Virus genome (UHGV): UHGV-0176211
DNA: 39,415 nucleotides
Reading direction: 5' to 3' (one strand)
Source: a virus
Shown: positions 37,297 through 39,415 of the stretch, in pieces
Layout: the number at the start of each line of letters is the position of its first letter
How positions within the stretch are numbered: position 1 is the first letter of the stretch
Notes under the pieces: generated by a model
The model's input: only the letters and a program-made list of their open reading frames with translations
What the model was told of the DNA's origin: nothing
Databases searched by the model: none
Program-made: the position numbers and the translations under genes

Positions 37297-38031
37297 ATGT
37301 TGGAAGTTAAATACAGTTACACCAACAAGAGAGAGGAATGTATGAGCAGTTTAATTAACGCTGCAGAAGTGCAAACCATGTCCAGCCGTGAGATTGCGGA
37401 ACTGACAGGTAAACAGCATGGGCATGTGTGCAGAGATATAAGAGTTATGTTGTCAGAGTTAGGAATCTCTGAGCAATCCAAAATTGGATTTGTCGAGAGA
37501 ATTAATAACTTAGGGCATGCCGTCAAAGATAAAGTCTACTTGTTGAACAAGGAAGAATCTCTCTGCCTTGTAGCTGGGTACAGCGCTGCTCTGCGTATGA
37601 AAATAATTAATCGCTGGCAAGAGCTGGAAGAACAAGAAAGTAAACCGGCATTTCCTGTCCCCCAAACTTATCTTGAGGCGCTCAAGGCGCTGGTGGTAGC
37701 AGAGGAAGAGAAAGAGCGCCTTGCACTGGAGAACAAGGAAATGAGTCCTAAAGCCGAGGTTTACGACCGCATCGTTGAGCGCAACAATCTTTATAACGCG
37801 TCGCAGGTGGCGCAGAAGTTCGGGCAATCCGCCGTGTGGCTGAATAAACAGCTTGAGCAATTAGGGGTATACAATCGTTCAGTTAAGCGTGGGCGCGTCT
37901 TCCAGCAATGGTTTATCGACAAAGGCTACGGCATCATGCGCGAGACTAATAATGGACACTCTCAGGCGATGTTCTACGCCGAAGGGGAGATGTGGATTGT
38001 CGGCAAACTGACTGATGAGGGGTTGATATGA
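37297..38031 (+). CDS. Antirepressor (Rha-type N-domain plus KilAC-type C-domain)
   Basis: 244 aa (possibly starting at Met16, 37342); MSSREIAELTGKQHGHVCRDI; C-terminus near-identical to the 223-aa paralog. Confidence 0.65.
   Translation: MLEVKYSYTNKREECMSSLINAAEVQTMSSREIAELTGKQHGHVCRDIRVMLSELGISEQSKIGFVERINNLGHAVKDKVYLLNKEESLCLVAGYSAALRMKIINRWQELEEQESKPAFPVPQTYLEALKALVVAEEEKERLALENKEMSPKAEVYDRIVERNNLYNASQVAQKFGQSAVWLNKQLEQLGVYNRSVKRGRVFQQWFIDKGYGIMRETNNGHSQAMFYAEGEMWIVGKLTDEGLI
37745..38031. repeat. Inverted-repeat copy 2 (antirepressor C-terminal segment)
   Basis: Aligns with the reverse complement of 25295..25580. Confidence 0.6.
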
Positions 38032-38189
38032 GCAAGCGAAAGAAGAAAGCACCTGTGAGGACAGAGACTAAATTCACCAGATACATTCCACAGCAATTCC
38101 CAGACGCATTTAAACCATCAGAGATGTTGTCTGATGCTGAATGGTGGGGTGTCGCAAGAATCGTAATTCGCTTGAGAAGAATCGCTTAA
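38028..38189 (+). CDS. Hypothetical small basic protein
   Basis: 53-aa ORF read by eye; its ATG overlaps the upstream stop. Confidence 0.3.
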   Translation: MSKRKKKAPVRTETKFTRYIPQQFPDAFKPSEMLSDAEWWGVARIVIRLRRIA

Positions 38190-38198
38190 GATTCAAAA

Positions 38199-38705
38199 AT
38201 GATGGAGGCATATGGAATGAGCATAAGAGAACTAAACCTCACAAAAGATCAGCATGAGTGGCTGAATGGATGGCTTGAACTGTGGGGCGCATGGGTTTAT
38301 TCAGGTCGTCTGGAAAAGCGCATGAGCAGCGTAATAGCGAAGCTCATGGAGAGCGTAGAGCCGGGAAGGGTTATGACAAGGCCAATGTGTAATGATGATG
38401 ATGGAATGTTGATTTCTCAGGTCGTCGATTCCGTCATGTACATTGACAAGAAAGCCTTTGGCATCCTCCTCAGCTACTACGCTCATGGATCTTCCAAACA
38501 CGCCATTGCATCTTACTATCATCGCGTCGCAAGACCTCGCAAGATGTTATGCCGGGGCGGCGGGCGCATTCAAAAACCATCGCTCGCAACCTGTCGACGG
38601 GAAGTTGACGAAATCCTTAATGCCTCGTTGTTTATGATTTACCCGGTTCTGGATAGTGCGTTTAAAAACCGGAAACGTGTAGAGAAAATTAAACATGTAG
38701 CATAA
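38199..38705 (+). CDS. Late-gene antiterminator Q (phage 82/21 type)
   Basis: 168 aa; LELWGAWVYSG and RPMCNDDDGMLISQVVDSV resemble the Q-antiterminator family; lies just before the late promoter and lysis genes. Confidence 0.7.
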   Translation: MMEAYGMSIRELNLTKDQHEWLNGWLELWGAWVYSGRLEKRMSSVIAKLMESVEPGRVMTRPMCNDDDGMLISQVVDSVMYIDKKAFGILLSYYAHGSSKHAIASYYHRVARPRKMLCRGGGRIQKPSLATCRREVDEILNASLFMIYPVLDSAFKNRKRVEKIKHVA

Positions 38706-38711
38706 AACGTG

Positions 38712-38791
38712 TTGACATCATTGAGCAAATGAGCAACACTATTCGCATAAGCTGCCGTTAGTGACTCTTAAGTTGCAACGGTGGCTTTTTT
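38712..38791 (+). promoter_or_regulatory. Candidate late promoter (PR'-like) with downstream terminator-like hairpin
   Basis: TTGACA at 38712..38717, weak -10 candidates about 17-20 nt downstream, then imperfect hairpin GCCGTT...AACGGTGGC followed by TTTTTTT. Confidence 0.4.
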
Positions 38792-39095
38792 TATTTGGGT
38801 CAGTCGTATAAAGGTCATTACGGAAGGCTGTTAACCTTCTTAAACCAGCACCATAACTGAGCCGTAGCCACTGGCTATCCTGAATTCATCAGTGATAGTT
38901 ACGCTGCGGCCTTCTACACATGACCTTCGTGAACGCGGGGGGCATGAGGTTGCACTAACAACCTCCTGCCGTTTTGCCCGTGCATATCGGTCACGAACAA
39001 ATCTGATTACTAAACACAGTAGCCTGGATTTGTTCTATCAGCAATCGACCTTATTCCTAATTAAATAGAGCAAATCCTCTCAATGAGGGGGGGGT

Positions 39096-39299
39096 ATGTA
39101 CCGTATTGACAAAATCAGAGAATGGTTCAGTTACAGCTTCGGAGGGCTGACTGCGATGGGTGGCGTTTTCTCCCTGAATGACTGGGCTGTCATCATTGGT
39201 ATTCTTTGCACTGTTGGCACATTTGGCATCAACTGGTACTACAAGCGCAAAGAGCGCGAGGATAGATTGAATGGCAATGTCACCGACACTACGAAATAG
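39096..39299 (+). CDS. Holin (class II / pinholin-like)
   Basis: 67 aa with two hydrophobic segments and a charged C-terminus; overlaps the endolysin start as in phage 21. Confidence 0.7.
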   Translation: MYRIDKIREWFSYSFGGLTAMGGVFSLNDWAVIIGILCTVGTFGINWYYKRKEREDRLNGNVTDTTK

Positions 39300-39415
39300 C
39301 GTAATAGCGGCGATAAGTGGCGGGGCTATTGCTATAGCATCTGTGTTAATCACTGGACCGAGTGGTAACGATGGTCTGGAAGGTGTCAGCTACATACCAT
39401 ACAAAGATATTGTTG
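39271..39415 (+). CDS. SAR endolysin, N-terminal fragment (runs off window)
   Basis: [48 protein letters not shown] matches the signal-anchor-release N-terminus of phage 21 R as recalled. Confidence 0.75.
   Translation, partial: MAMSPTLRNSVIAAISGGAIAIASVLITGPSGNDGLEGVSYIPYKDIV

Noticed and set aside
38792-39095. ~300-bp non-coding leader between the late promoter region and the holin, scanned for a tRNA or small RNA
   Set aside because: No cloverleaf-compatible sequence or conserved T-loop motif was found by eye; only short hairpins, so no RNA gene is claimed.

Overview
The window reads as one nearly complete genome of a P22-like lambdoid podovirus of Enterobacteriaceae, in a gene order that is a circular permutation of the P22/Sf6 map. 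All calls come from reading the six-frame translations and the DNA by eye; no database search was run, so family names are recalled from memory and coordinates of regulatory sites are hand-counted. Gene order: a terminator at the left edge, then an accessory block (T5orf172-like, Gp49-like, three small ORFs); small and large terminase, portal, scaffold, coat; gp4/gp10/gp26 needle/gp14/gp7/gp20/gp16-like proteins; an immI-like region (leftward lipoprotein plus KilA-N-like gene with its own promoter, an Arc repressor with a P22-type operator, an HTH ORF, a terminator, an HNH endonuclease); a tailspike with a P22-type head-binding N-terminus; a leftward early operon (N-like antiterminator, small ORFs, antirepressor genes, SSAP plus SSB); divergent PL-like and PR-like promoters with matching nutL/nutR; a Cro-like gene, an O-like initiator with internal iterons, and a primase-helicase interrupted by an intein; a nin region (ninB, PAPS-reductase-like, ninE, ninF, more antirepressor genes, DUF1364, rusA, ninH); Q-like antiterminator; and a phage-21-type holin plus the start of a SAR endolysin. 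The most unusual features: (1) no CI/C2-type repressor, intact cII-like gene or integrase lies at the canonical positions, and the cI slot instead holds a second partial copy of the iteron origin; (2) the 968-aa primase-helicase carries a 341-aa LAGLIDADG intein in its P-loop; (3) the immI region keeps Arc but has a lipoprotein/KilA-N-like pair where sieA/mnt sit in P22, with no Ant-sized gene and an HNH gene abutting the tailspike start; (4) at least five antirepressor-family genes built from shuffled modules, including a ~285-bp inverted repeat 12 kb apart. No tRNA, rRNA or CRISPR array was seen.
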